Shown: piece by piece, positions 39,221-54,066 of the stretch
Layout of the letters: the number at the start of each line of letters is the position of its first letter
How positions within the stretch are numbered: the stretch's first letter is position 1
Source of the DNA: Octopus vulgaris
Taxonomy: Eukaryota
DNA: 64,000 bases
Assembly: GCA_951406725.2 (NCBI GenBank)
Contig: OX597831.1
Coordinates: 82,522,001 to 82,586,000, forward strand
Direction of reading: 5' to 3'
Notes under the pieces: model-generated
The model's input: only the letters and a program-made list of their open reading frames with translations
Databases searched by the model: none
What the model was told of the DNA's origin: nothing
Program-made: the position numbers and the translations under genes

Positions 39221-40896
39221 AGCACAAGAGGATTGCAAGAAACTCTAAGCAAAACGTTCCAGATAGCAAACTGTGACATAGCGAGGTTAGTGGAGGGCAA
39301 CGACTGTTGTTGAGAGTCAGAGACAAAGATTGTGAGGGTGGGGAAGAAGATGAAAGACAATGGTACTACTTCTTACAGATGGCTAATTATGTAATTAATT
39401 GGAGAAATAGAGTGGGTCTGTAATTAACTGTAATAATATACTAAAAGTTGTCTGAACACAATCTGTTGTTGAGGTGAACACAGAAAGCAATCAGTGCCAT
39501 CATCAAAGATAACTCTACATAGTCATTCAATTTGCTAGAAGTAGCAGCCAAACCTTCCTCTATTCGTTTATAAAGGATAGACACACAGAATATGTGTGTG
39601 TGTGTGTCCAGAGTTTTTTTTTTTAACCTAATACTTGTATGCAATTGTTTATAGCTTTATCTATTTCGAGTTCCCCTCTTCAAATCAACTGTCGCTGTTT
39701 TAACATCCACTTTTCCCTGCCAACATGGATCACACAATTCACTGAGGCATATCCTCTACAGTTGGATGCTCTTCCGGTCACCAACCTTTTGTCGTCTCCC
39801 TAGAGGGTAATGTTTCACCAAATGCTTGCAACACAAACGGCATATTGGCCAGCATCGATTCTCTCAGAGCCGGTCCACTGCTAAACACCTTCATCATTAT
39901 GCTGACCCTCATAACTAACGCTCGTACAACATGTGTCCATTGACAGCAATAATGAAATATCAGCAGGTATTTTAATTAATTTTAATTGTAATATAATTGT
40001 AGAGAGAATGTAGCTGAATAAAAGATGGGAAGGTCATGGCTAGAGGGATCTGGTCTTCGGTTTACTCAATCAGGACTGACCAAGGGCTAAACAGCGACTC
40101 CACAGAATTATGCTAGTTTTTGTGAAAGGGAACCCTTCAATAGTTTCTAAGTCATTAACATTTAATCAATTTGAATGATATTTTGTAGTGTCTAATTTGA
40201 GGGTAAACTACCTGTGCTAGGTGTGGCAGGGTTTGATGTAGTTTGAACTTTTAGGGGTCAACATGTTTAGGTGAAGATTGGCCAAAATTCATTACTACTA
40301 CCACCAACACACTACAACAACCACCACCACCAACACACATTCTTCCCTCTACTATTTTTAATGTTACTAGTTCTGCCATCTTCCTTCCCACAGTTTGCAG
40401 ATTAAAGCTTGAAATGTCTTTCTCTGTCATTGGTACATTGACATTAGGACATTACTGCTTCATAGTTTGAATAGAAAGGTTCCTAGTTCAAGCCCACTAT
40501 GTCACCATATCCTAGAATAAGACACTAGACGATGATGACTGAACTGGTTAAAACAGAATGTGTCCCCAAAATAGGCAGCAAATTAACAGGAATTAGAGAG
40601 AACACCTTGTGATATTCGTTCTGACCCATTATACTTTGAGTTCAAATCCTAGCAAAGCAAATTTTGTCTTTTTGTCATTTCAGAGTCAATAAACAAAGTA
40701 AGTGGAGAGGGATTGACCAAACAGCTGTCTAGTATCTGCTCCTTGTGTTTGCATTCTGAGTTCAAATTCTACCTGGGTACCTGTGGCCAGGAAGCAGCAC
40801 CCTAGAATTGTAGGTCTAGAAGCAGGAATAGAATAGTGAGACTTTACATTCAGCAGTGGATTGATAATGGTCGGAAGGGAATGTACGCACAGTATA

Positions 40897-40938
<42 letters not shown>

Positions 40939-42320
40939 CCGCATGCATGCACACACACACACACGTGCATGCATTATATTATTGAAAGGTGTAAACCCGC
41001 GTATATGACTGGTATACTTGCTGTTTGCAGATAGAAATCTTGTAAATATCCACCTCAACAATGGAATAGTTTGGACAAAGATAATCTTTGTCAGATCGTT
41101 AAGCATGTTGGTAACTTCTCTCTCACTATGACTACTACCACCTACAGCCCCCCCCCCCCCCAGCAGCCACCACCACCACCACCACCACCATCGTCATCGT
41201 CAGGTGTGAACCTTCCAGATATTCACCTTGTATCTACTGTTTCTATCTAAACAATGGAGGTTGCAATGAGAGCAATGATGATTAAGAACATGAGGATGAC
41301 GATGATGGTAATTGCAGTGGTGTAGCCAAACAAGAAATCAATATGTAGTCAATATTGATCTCTATCTGTCATAGCACAAGATCAATATTTAAAGAAAAAT
41401 AGTGTAGCTAATGGTATTGTCTGAAACCCAGGAAACAGTAAAGGAATTTCAACTCTCAGACCAAAATTGGTAACAGAACTTGGCTGTTCTAAGAAGCAGA
41501 ATTCAACAATATTCTTGGACCTGTTCTGTTGGAACTTGGATGGCTAAGCCTACTCTCACTGTGTCTTGTATGTTCCAGAAATGTGGTCCTAGCTGGATTT
41601 GAACTGTGAAGCAGGCAGTCTATAATCTCAACCTTTTCACTTCAGTACCTAAATTACTTTCTACAAAGAATTAAATAAACATACTTTACCTTAGAGAAGT
41701 TGGTTTGATCAATTCTAGACCTGAATATATAACTGGTACTGATTTCTGGAGTATTGACAACAAAGTTTGTCTCAATAGGATTTTTAATGAAGAATCAATC
41801 TGGATACTTTAACCAATGAAGGCACCTCTATGGTACAGAAATAACAACTAACTCTCTCTCAAAACACTTCACATTTTCTTAGAAAGGAAGGACACATCAG
41901 ACAATGTAGTCCTAAGTCAATGACTCTGAACCATTTTTCCTGTATGCCCATCATTTACCTTTCACTGTCCTCGCTTCATAAAAACTACTCTTGTATACAA
42001 CACAATTGTATAACATTAAAGACTTTTACATTAAATGTTAAAGTATCCACATAAATGTCACAGAGTCCTCAACTGAAAACAGTTGTGATTACTGTTTGGG
42101 GCTGAATAACAAAGCACTCTTCTGTGTGAGAAACAAAGTTTAGTCTCATTTTAGGAAGTTTCCATTTTGTTTATTTTCACTGAATGAACTTCTTTAGATT
42201 TTCCTTCCTTCTATTTTCAGGAATCATGGCAGTTAATACCTCAAGTAGTAAGTTAGACATCGGTGATATTATTTACTAATTATTAATCATTTATTAACAA
42301 TTTAATTAGAGAAAGAGAGA

Positions 42321-43965
42321 TTGGACTTGAAGGAAATAAGTGGAAAATTGTGGACCCTTCATAGAGCTTTGAACTTAGAAGCAAAGCCAGTTGTGTATTT
42401 TCTTCAACTTCTTCCTGAAGAAACTTTTTGTCAGTTTGAAAGACAAGACGATGAGGTATTCACATTAACAGAGCAACAACGCCTTCATTACATCAACAGA
42501 ATATGTGAGAGTGTCACAGACCGAACCTGTGGTTGGTGCAAAGTTCCAACTCGACCCAGGGTGACATGTTGGTGGAATGATGTCGTAGACAAGACCATTA
42601 GAATAAAGAAAAAGGCTTGGAAAGACTGGAAGAGTGGTGGTAGCAGAGAACTATATCAGGTAGCTATCGGGGAGGCTAGAAGACAGGTGTACTTAGCCAG
42701 GGAAGAAGCAGAAAGGAGGAAGTCTGTCAATGTTATGCAATGTGAGGAGAAGAGGAGGCTTGATGTGTTTCAAACTGAAAGGCAGTTTGTCAGAGAAAAT
42801 TGTGATGTCAGAGGAGAGAAATGCATTCACACGGATGATGGCTGACAGTGATTCTGTAAAGGAGGAGGCTTGGAAGTGCCACTATGAAAGGTTGATAAAA
42901 GTAGAAAAATGCATGGGAGAAGGAGAGCCTGCCTAATGTGAACCCAACAGAGGGACCAGCTAACGTATTGATATGTAGGAGAACAGACATATCACAGATC
43001 CCTTCAGAGAGATGGTCCTGCTCAATATGTAGAAGAAGTGTTGGCAGAAACTCCATACGTTGTACCCAGTGCAAGCTATGGACACATAAGAGGTGCAGCA
43101 ATATTAGAGGAGGGTTAACAGAGAAAGTAGTCTTTACATGTGGCAGATGTGCAGATACCCTAAATACCAGGAATGTCCATAAAATAGACTCCCGCAACTA
43201 CTTCAGGGGGTGGGGGATCCTTAGAAGTAGTAGACAGTTTCCATTATTTAGGTGACCAAGTTAGTAGTGAGGGAGATTGTTCTGAAAGCATAGCTGCTAG
43301 AATAAGAATAGGCTGGGTGAAGTTCAGAGAGCTACTGCCTCTGTTAGTAACAAAGGGCCTCTCCCTTAGTGTGAAAGGCAAATTGCATGATGCCGGTATA
43401 CATACAGCTGGGTATATGGGTCAACAAGTGTAGTGTGCAAGAGAGAGAAAACTGTGCTGGTACGGCCATGTAATGTGAATGAATGAAGACATGCATGAAG
43501 AGGTGCTGATCTCTAATTGTAGAGGAACCATATGGATGGGGTAGACCCAAGAAGACGTGGGACAAAGTGGTGAGAAAGGATCTACAGATGTTGGGACTCA
43601 CAAAGGAATGAGACAAGGGAATGAGACTCCTGGTGGTTTGCTGAGCTTGAAAAGACACATCCTTAAGTAAAAGCATGGTTGTTCTTGCATACAGGTTTGA
43701 CCCCTGAATCTCTCCCCAGCTGAGCATTCCTAATTTTGCAGGTTCGTGGGTTCTGGCGCCATAGAAGAAGCACCAGTACCAGTGCCATGAAATACACCCG
43801 TGTTAGTGGTGCCTGAAAGCACCCAGTCCATTGGGAAGGGCATCCAGCTGTAGAAAGCATGGAGCCCAGACACGGAGCCCAGGCAGCAGCCCTTCAGCTG
43901 ACCCCCTCCAGTCAAATTGTCCAACCCATGCCAGCATGAAAAATGGACGTTAAATGATGATGGTG
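42321..43965 (+). mobile_element. Degenerate RTE LINE with the RT core deleted, PHD-type finger retained, and 3' UTR with (GAT)n tail
   Basis: Translations TCGWCKVPTRPRVTCWWNDVV, VKEEAWKCHYERL, CSIC..CTQC..HKRC..CGRC, LEVVDSFHYLGD, ARIRIGWVKFRELLPLL and GRPKKTWDKVVRKDL, with frameshifts and stops. The 5' boundary is uncertain (secure from about 42505). Confidence 0.88.
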
Positions 43966-44982
43966 AATGATTTTATTCACGGAAGTTGTGCAGTAACCAA
44001 GTTAGAGAAAGTGAAGTATAAATTCAGCTCTGAGACAAGAAATCCATTCCCAGAAATTAATAAACATTTAAAAACATCTACCTGTAATCAACTTACCAGT
44101 ATTCACCCTGCCTGGCCAGGTGAAAATGATTTGACAACAAGTAAAAACCACAATCACAATCCAAGCAATACTTTTATTTTTATTCAGGACAGTGTATATT
44201 TGCTCAAAATCTCTAGGATTGGGACGTTCATAGAGAGAAGGCACTGCAGGACTTTAAAAGGTGAATGTCCTTCAAATCAACAGAAAAAAAAATCTACCAA
44301 AAATAGGGACAACAAGAATGAAGAATTTTTCAATAAATCCGTTTCCCCTCTGGAATCACCAAATTTATTCCAGGTTAGATATTACAACTTTCAATATATT
44401 GTCTGCATACAAGACAGGGTGGTCATATCTAGATCATCATAGATCTGCTAAATCAAAATTGATCTGCAGTACAACAACAACAACACTAGACACTAACTGT
44501 AACTGAATAAAAGATGGAATGGTCATGAGTGGAATAAGCTTGATCATAGGTTTGCTGTATCAGGACTGACCTCAGGTTAAAGAGCACTATTATACTATGT
44601 GTAGTTTATCAAGAACAATAGTCTGTTTAAGTAGAAGATAGGATGGTCACTTCTGGAACGTCTTTAATCTGTTGACCTCAGTGTTAACCTATGGCCAGAA
44701 AAACATGAATCTCTTCCAGCTTTTTACACTCCTAATTAGTCTCAATTATGTCCTAAGACACCAAGCCACATAAGCCTGGAAGGATTAATCCCAGTATATG
44801 ACTGGTACTAATTTTCTCATTCTCCAAAATGGAAGAAAATGAAAGTAGGTCTAAGTAGAAACGGAACTCAGAATGCTGGGCTGACAAACATTGGCAATTA
44901 AAGAGACATGAAAAGTTCTTGTCCTTTGTAAGAATCGACTGGAAGTTTCCAAAGTAAAAATAGCAATGAAATAGTTACTTAC

Positions 44983-45069
44983 ATCTCTGGTTTGACTAAC
45001 AGCATCAGACGTTGGCGATGGGGTAATGCTTCCAGGTTGAAAATTTTGACTGTTGATTCGGTCATACAA
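44983..45069 (-). CDS. CASK: CASK/LIN-2 internal coding exon (end of first L27 domain and linker), 87 nt, phase 0-0, LYDRINSQNFQPGSITPSPTSDAVSQTRD
   Basis: Minus strand has a strong acceptor (tttgtttttgttggtttattttcag) and a GAT|gtaagt donor around 29 open codons. The peptide resembles vertebrate CASK [26 protein letters not shown] (recalled) and joins in frame to the exon at 27322-27236. Confidence 0.9.
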
Positions 45070-45621
45070 CTGAAAATAAACCAACAAAAACAAATTTGTA
45101 ATTTTTCCATTTTTAACAATCATTTGGTGTCTTTATTACATAAGGAGAAAAATTAAAAAGAACAAGTGAATTAATGGCACGGACCTTTTATTATTATTAT
45201 CAACCCAACTATTTTTTAAACACACACAAAAAGTAAAAGAATATTTGGAGAAAAAAAAATTCATCAAAAAAAATTAAATAAAAGTAAAAGTAAGATAGAA
45301 AAAGAAGTAACTTCTATTTTGGTAGCTTGATTGGAATTATTGTGATAAAAATAAAATTTGATCAAATGGTATTTTTAAGTCCAGATGCTAAAGTTATAAT
45401 TGAACAGGAACAAACCTTTAATTTCTATTTCTATTAAAGTTTTCATGATGATAACAATTATTATCATCATCATCATCATTATCATCACTGTGAAAAAATG
45501 ACACGGAGGAAATAACTTTGATGTTGAGTTGAAAGACAGAAGACGAAGTAGAAGAATGCTTGGTTTTTTTTTTGTTAATTTGTTTTTAATGTGCATCTAA
45601 ATAAATTACACTGTCTGTGGA

Positions 45622-45681
<60 letters not shown>

Positions 45682-46592
45682 GTTTAGGTATGTGGTTATG
45701 TAAAAGAAAAACTTAAATTCTTTTAATTTTAGAAATAATTCTGTCAGAAACAGAAAGTAAAAAAAAACAAACTAGAAAAGTCATATAAACAGTGCCTGGT
45801 TTTAGTAATTTCTGAGATGGCGGAGGGGAAGAACTAAACAAGAATGGAGGAGAGAGTGAGAAAGAATTGAAGACGAAGAGAATTAATAAGAGAGGAAGAG
45901 AGAGAGAGAGAAAATAATTTTTGCTCGAAAGATTTCTCCAGAAGGTAAAAGCAGCCATTGTTGTTAAATACATCTGTCAAAGATTATAGGAAAAAGTTTT
46001 TTTTGTACAAGTGCTCACTATGTTTCAAGTCCATACTTGCATGTGTGTGTGTGTGTGTGTGTGTGTGGAGTTTCCATATATTGAACTATTTCTGTGTTTA
46101 ACAGTCTTACCAAATGCAATGGGATCGTTGAAATCAAAATATAAAGCTATTACTATCATTTATCTTTAGTGCAATGAGCTGGCAGAGTCAGGACGTTTGG
46201 TGAAGTGACATGCAATATTTCTCCTAGCCCCTTACATTCTGGTTTCAAATCCCACCAAGGTCAACAGGTTTTCATCTGTTCAGGGTCATTATAGTAAAGT
46301 ACCAGTGAAGTACTGGAGTTGATGGCATCCTCTAACCCTCTCTTCAAACTGTTGGCCTTGTGCTGTCATCAGAATACTTATTAGCTTGGCTTTGCTTGCC
46401 ATAGACAAAGTCTATGGAGCCAATCGTTAGCAAAGTGCATTGTGCCATTTCAGTCATCTTTACATTCTGAGTTCAAATTCTGCTGAGTTTGATTTTACCT
46501 TTCATCCCTCTAGGGTCAATAAAATAAGCATCACTTGAACACCAAAATCAATCTAAGTGACTCAGCAACACCCCTGTGCCAAAATTTAAAAC

Positions 46593-47205
<613 letters not shown>

Positions 47206-47489
47206 ATAATAATGATATTATTATTATTATTATTATTATTATCATTATCATCATTATTATTATTATTATTATTATTATTAATATAGCAATCTGGCAGAAT
47301 TGTTAGCATGCTTAGAGGCATTTCATCTGTCAAGTTCTGAGTTCAAATTCCATTGAGGTTGATTTTGCCTTTCATCCTTTCATAGTCAATGAAATAAGTA
47401 CCAGTTACACACTGGGGCCAATGTAGTCAACTAGCCCCCTCTCCCAAAACGTCAGGCCTTGTACTTTATAGAGAGGATTATTATTATTA

Positions 47490-47529
<40 letters not shown>

Positions 47530-48530
47530 AGGTATAGAGCTGGCAAAACTGTTATCATGCGAAACAAAATGCCTAGTTCCAATTCCACCAAGTTTGGCTT
47601 TTGTTCAATTTGACCAAAATATAGTGAATTCTTGTAATGATATTCATTTTGGGTATTTAATCCAGTTGTTTAGGATCTGGGTTCAAAGTCTAGCAAGGAG
47701 AACTTTATCATCCATCTTTTTAAGGTCAAGGAAATAAAGCATGAGACATCTACTAGAGACCAATCTAAGTTAACTAATCCCCCTCCCCTCTAACCTGAGG
47801 CTGAAACGAACATCATCATCATCATCATTATCGTCACAGGAGTTTAGTGAACTGAAGAATAGATAGCAGTTAGTGATGTCAGGTTCAAATTGCACCAGGT
47901 ATATTTATGAAATCATGAATGAATTTCTAACTAATTCAGCTGCTCATTACTGTTTTCAACTGGAATGGAAGCAAAATGCAAATGCATTGACAACATGGCT
48001 GCGGCTGCTGCTTGTATAATTTCAATGCTAATGTGGAGGTGGTTGTTGTTGTTGTTGTTGAAGAATTTTATTTTGGTTTCAGGAAATTGAAGAAGTAAAT
48101 AAAATGTTTGACTCTTGATTTCAGCATTGCTAAAAGTGGAACATAAAACTGATTGTGAATATGTGTGGCTGTTTGCTGTTTCGAGAGAGGTGAAACAGTG
48201 TAGCCATACATGGAATGGATGGAGCTGTGTGAGTCTACTGATGAGGATGTGCAGATTGTGTGTGTAGTTGCTTGTTAGCATGATACATACATACATATAT
48301 ATATATACACATATACATATATTTATATATATATATATGCACACACACACACACAAGCAGGCACATGTGTATGTAATAGATTATGGATGAGTATCTATAA
48401 TACACCTATGCATTTGTATGCATTAATATACATGAATACATACACACATATCCAGAAATATAAACATCACACATTTGCAGTTATTTATAATGGCATAAAA
48501 AAAGCAACAATATAACTGCATAAATGCACT

Positions 48531-48568
<38 letters not shown>

Positions 48569-49437
48569 TTTATACTCTCATTCACACACATGCTCTTACA
48601 CACTCACTCTCATTCACACACACACAATATTCTGTTTTTGCAGACACAGATAGAGGTGAAACATTTCTATTCTTGACTAATTAATCAATACTTTTAACGA
48701 GTAATTTACCCTCAGGTATACTAAAATAAGATTCCCATAATGCATTTCTCCACATCTAAACACACCACTTTGCGTTAGTGTGATAGCAAAAAGGGAAAAA
48801 AGAAATATTACATTTTAGTTGTTTTAATGGGTTTTTTTCTTTTTATTCTTCTAAAATCTTGTCAAAGATTATGGAAAAGATGGTAAGAAATGTTATCATT
48901 GGCTAATTCTTTAACAGATCCTAAATCTACAGTTCTTTATTGCAAAGAACTACATACCAACATGCTGAAGAAATAGTCAATATCTGCAAAATGAAATTCC
49001 TTTCTGATGGAAATATATTTTCTACATTCTTCACATCCTTCTTGTTTTTTTTCTTGTTTATTTTTTATGTGTGTTGTGTGGATTGACGTGGGCATGGATG
49101 GAGATGGGGAGTTAATGGTAAGACACAATGCTTAGAATAAATCAGTCTTTTAGATTAAGCTGAGATTGAACTAACAAAATTGTTATTGCAAGCAAAATTC
49201 TAGCAGTCATTTTTTATTATATCACAGATGACTAAGGTAGAAACGCATATGTAAACTCAGCTGGAGCATGCTCACACACACACACACATACATTTGTGTG
49301 GTGTGGTTCATTGACAATGATATATTACTTACATTTAGAATACCAAATATTCAGTTAGATAACATTAGATCCTTAAGTGAGGAGCAAATGGGTAATTATT
49401 CCATGTTTTTATAGTTCCATTCTGATATTCAATCAAT

Positions 49438-49572
49438 GAGTACAAGCATAACATTTTTATATCTATTCATCTTACACATGTTTCATTAACAATGCTATCT
49501 ATTATATAAGGAAAAGAAACCTTATAGATTACATCATCAAATCTTCAGATATTGTATAGTAAAATCAATGAC
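49438..49572 (+). repeat. 135-bp direct repeat, copy 1
   Basis: Matches 52435-52569 with 5 mismatches by manual comparison. Confidence 0.9.
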
Positions 49573-50038
49573 CTTTGAGTTATACAATAGACATCAGACA
49601 GTGTTATGTTACAGTAGTTATGTTTGCCAATACCATAACACCATCCAATGTCAACTGTATAATTCAAAAGCTATCTACGTTTGTTATGCAGTCACTGAAG
49701 ATTTGATGATGTGATCTGTTTATAAGGTGTTCTTTTCTTATATAACAGATATTGTTGTAAATGAAATACATGGAAGATGTTTTGAATAGGCAGGAAAATT
49801 TATCACCACTTTTTTTGTATAAAAATTCTCACTGATAAGAGTGTGTATGGGTGGATGGGAGTGGAAACTATTTGAAATGAATGACAGAAAATAAAACTGA
49901 ACAGTCCCCAAAATAAGTCCATCAGTTCTAATAATAATTAACTTGTTACATTAAACAGTATGTTGTCTATAATCTAACTTTTTCCTTATACATATTTATT
50001 ATCTCCATGTTTCACATTTTCTGTATTCTTTGTGTGTG

Positions 50039-50085
<47 letters not shown>

Positions 50086-52024
50086 TCATTTGTCTAATAT
50101 TAATGAATGTCAATGTTCACTTTTATTAACATTTTAAGCTGGTGAGTTTTGCCTCATTGAGCTAAAGCACACCAGAAACCCAAAGACAACTGCTACCATC
50201 AATGAAGCATGTCTAGAATATCTCTGGGTAGTGGGAGGAGAGATACCTTTGACTTTAAGGAGTATAGCAGCAATAGGGGAAATATCTTTGACATCCAAGG
50301 TCAAACAGCCAGACTCAACAAACCCCTTCACATCAAAGGAACAGAGATGTTCCCTAAAAAACCCACCCCCATGGCAGTAATCTGATTTTAAATTTGTGTT
50401 GTGAGGACAGATAAGACAGGAGGAGGAGGAGGGTGCTGTCCTTCAATCAGAGCTGGTTGTTTGTCAATATTAATCTATAGATCTATTTAGTTCTATTTAG
50501 CTAAATAAACAACTGCAGCCGTGAACATTATCATGTTACCAAAACAATAAATGATACTAAGGATTCTTGTTGAGTCTGCTGCCAGTTCTTCTCAGTTGTC
50601 ACAGAATCATTCAATATTGAATTCCACAAAGATAGCAAAACATTTTGTTAAACACAAATTTAATGCATTTTTTAAAATTGTCTTTACAGTTTTTTTTTTT
50701 TTTTTGCTTCTGTATTTTAGAGATAAAAAAATGTTAAAGTCTTTTATTTAAAACTCAGGTTAACAAGAGGATTTACGAGATTCTTCCATTTAATATTCAG
50801 TTTGCTGACGTTATTTTTATTTCTGTTTTGGTCTGGTTTTGTATGGAATCAATACACAAAACATGTTATTTAACGCATACACACAAATATGTTAAACTTT
50901 AAATTTTCAGATAGATCTTAGAGGGGAGAAAACAAAAAAATTTGAGAAAATAAATAAAACCACCAACAACCTATCATCTCTTTCTGGCTCTTTTCCAAAC
51001 AGTTTTACACAAGATAATAAACTCTGACATGGGTTGTATAGTTGTGTAAATTTATAAAATGATAAAGTATCTTTCATTCTTTTACTGGTTTTAGTTATTC
51101 AGCTGTGGCCTCGCAGGGACACCACTAGGGGGATGTATAATGATATCAATTCAAAAATTTTTATGAAACAAGGAGCAGATATTATTTTGTTGTCTCTCCC
51201 ACCCACACAAGCACCTTACACCTTTTGAATCCTTTTACTCCCCATCACTCTGTTATTTACTCCCCCACCCCTTCATTCCTCTACAAGACCTAAGTATAAA
51301 AGACAATTGGTCCATGTCTTACTCCTGCCTTACTTGTCCTTTACTTCACCTACGTATTCTCTGCTATGTTTGTCCATTCTCATTCTTCCACTACACCAAT
51401 GTATAAGAAACTGCACTGGACCTTCTGCATACCTTTATAATTCCTTCTCTCTGCTGCATCCTCCTTACCCTCTCTCATCCAACCATCCAGGCCCTTCCAA
51501 TGTCATTGCATTCTCTTCTAATCCCCTCCTTGGTCACCTGACTATTGTGAACACTTGTCACTTGCTTCTCCCACTCACTTCCAGTCCTGCTGCACGCTCA
51601 GCCCTCCATCTGTTTCCCCTTCCTGGTGAACATGTCTGAGCTCTGAATATTTTCCACATTGTCCTCTGGTGCCAAGTGACAATTCATGCTCTCTGAAAGT
51701 GGTAGATGAGACATACAGACAGACGTACAATCTTTCTAGCGCCAGTGCCATGAATGCTCCTAGTTGCAAACTGAGCAGAAAGTGTACGAATCTGAGGTCT
51801 TTATTCAACTTCTCTAGCGTTGGTGCCACAAAAAGTGTACCAAGTACACACTCAGGGAAGTGCTCATAATAAGAAGGGAATCCAGCCGTAGAAGCCAAGC
51901 AAAATGACAGGTGCCAACATCAGTCTTTGAGAGCAGCAGTTCCGAGGAGGAAATGACTGGAGCCATGATGACCCATCCAACCCATGCCTGCATGGAAAGT
52001 GGAAGTAAAAATAGTGATTACATA

Positions 52025-52060
<36 letters not shown>

Positions 52061-52434
52061 TACATAGACAGAAGAGGAATTAGATTTTCAGATATATAGA
52101 AAAACACAAGAATAGATATAGGAAGATGGATGATACTGATCGATAGGGACAACTATGAATAGTTGTTTTGTTTTCATTCCAGATATCAGTAACCCTACAA
52201 CAACTGAAGGAATTTCTGCTGTGTTTAGCCTCCCACCCAAATTAGCCTTCTGTAAAAAGGTTTACATTGGATGACTGATGCAACAAAAGATGAGCAACAC
52301 TGAAGGTGGATAATTAGCAATTAATTACAAACACCCTTTCACTAATGATAACTACACTTACAAAAAACAAGATTCTAATTTCTTTCAATTGGTCGAAGCA
52401 AATTCTTGCAGAAATTTGCAGCAAGGATTCCAAA

Positions 52435-52569
52435 GAGTACAAGCATAAAATTTTTATATCTATTCATCTTACACATGTTTCATTAACAATGCTATCTATT
52501 ATATAAAGAAAAGAAACCTTATAGATTACGTCATCAAATCTTCAGATATTGTATAGCGAAATCAATGAC
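52435..52569 (+). repeat. 135-bp direct repeat, copy 2
   Basis: Matches 49438-49572; bracketed by GATTCCAAA at 52426-52434 and 52576-52584. Confidence 0.9.
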
Positions 52570-54030
52570 TCCAATGATTCCAAAAGTTAAGCAATCCAAT
52601 TATTTTAATTAGAAACTTGTGTTGGCTGACAACAATTAGAAATCTTTTGATCAACATAGTTCCCTTCACAACTTTGAGAAAATTCACGAAATTATATCAA
52701 CGAAATGAAATTAAAATTATTATTGTTGCTGTTGATCAACATTACCTAAGAATCTCTCTGACTCAAAGAAGAGAACTTTGAGTCAACAGTTCTTTTGCTA
52801 TATTTATATTCTTCAAACACTACTAGAACAGAATCCACTAATGGCTAAGTTGTACAATTTATTCTTCACTGACCCCAAAATTCTTGAGATATCAGAACCA
52901 CATATGCATATACCTATTTATTAACATCTGTTCACATTTAAACAGGTTTTTATCAATAAAACACCCACCACTGATTATTGCCAATGAGTCTCAGGTTACA
53001 TTAGAAGAAAGATTTAATATGCAAAGACCTCCTTGCTTCTTATAACATTTCCATACACATCACATGACCAATGCAGTGGTCTCTCTTGCACACCACATCT
53101 GATGTCTCTTATGCCCAAGGATAAAGATAATAATAATAATAATAATTCTTTCTACTAAATGCACAAGGCCTGAAATTTTGGGGGAGGAGACATCACCCCT
53201 GGTACTTGTTTTATCAACCCTGAAAGGATGAAAGGCAAAATTGATCTTGGTGGATTTGAACTCAGAAGATAAAAAGCTGGAAGAAATGCTGATAAGCCTT
53301 TTATCCAGTCTGCCAGGGATTATCCAGTCAGCTTGCCACTTATTATTGTTGTTGTTGTTGTTGTTAATAATAATAATCCTTCTACTATAGGCACAAGGCA
53401 TGAAATTTTGGGGGGAGGGGGTTTTGTTAATTACATCAACCCCCAGGGCTCAACTGGTGCTTATTTTGTTGAGCTCAAAAGATGAAAATTGACCTTGGAA
53501 GAATACGAACTCAGAAATGGAAGAAATGCCACTGAGCGTTTTGTTCTGCTTTAATAATAATAAAAATAAAAACAAGAAGGATGATTCGGTCTAATTTTGA
53601 CACAAGGTGAACTGGGACGTGTTTGAAGCGATTAAGCCATCCCAGCAACTACCGTATTGTGAATTTAAAGCCTGTTTCTATGTTGTTAGTCTCACCAATT
53701 CCTTTCTTTTGGAATTGAGTTTTTTTTATTCAAGACTTATTTAGTGAAAATTGATTTAATTTTTGTTTTAATTTGGAAAAAGTATGGAAGGCTTCTTCAG
53801 TTTTAGAAATATAGAAGTTGAGACACCAGCAAGAGCAATGTTGTCCCTAATCTATTAAGTCTGTGTAAAACTATGCAATTAGATTATCTAATTTACATTA
53901 CAAAACTGATAATCTTTCGTTTTTCTTAATGAAATATGTGTAAGATGATGTACTAAAGATATTTTATAAACAAACTCTCCAGTTTTGTTTTGTATATGGG
54001 TGCATGAGTGTGTATGTGTGTATATATAAA

Positions 54031-54066
<36 letters not shown>

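Larger units (their letters stand above)
27323..44982 (-). other. CASK: CASK intron, 17,660 bp, GT-AG, phase 0
   Basis: Lies between the two CASK exons; GT at 44982-44981 and AG at 27324-27323. Assumes no hidden exon in between. Confidence 0.8.

Noticed and set aside
42195-42253. Plus-strand acceptor and gtaagt donor around 27 nt
   Set aside because: Isolated, antisense to CASK, and no partner exons found.
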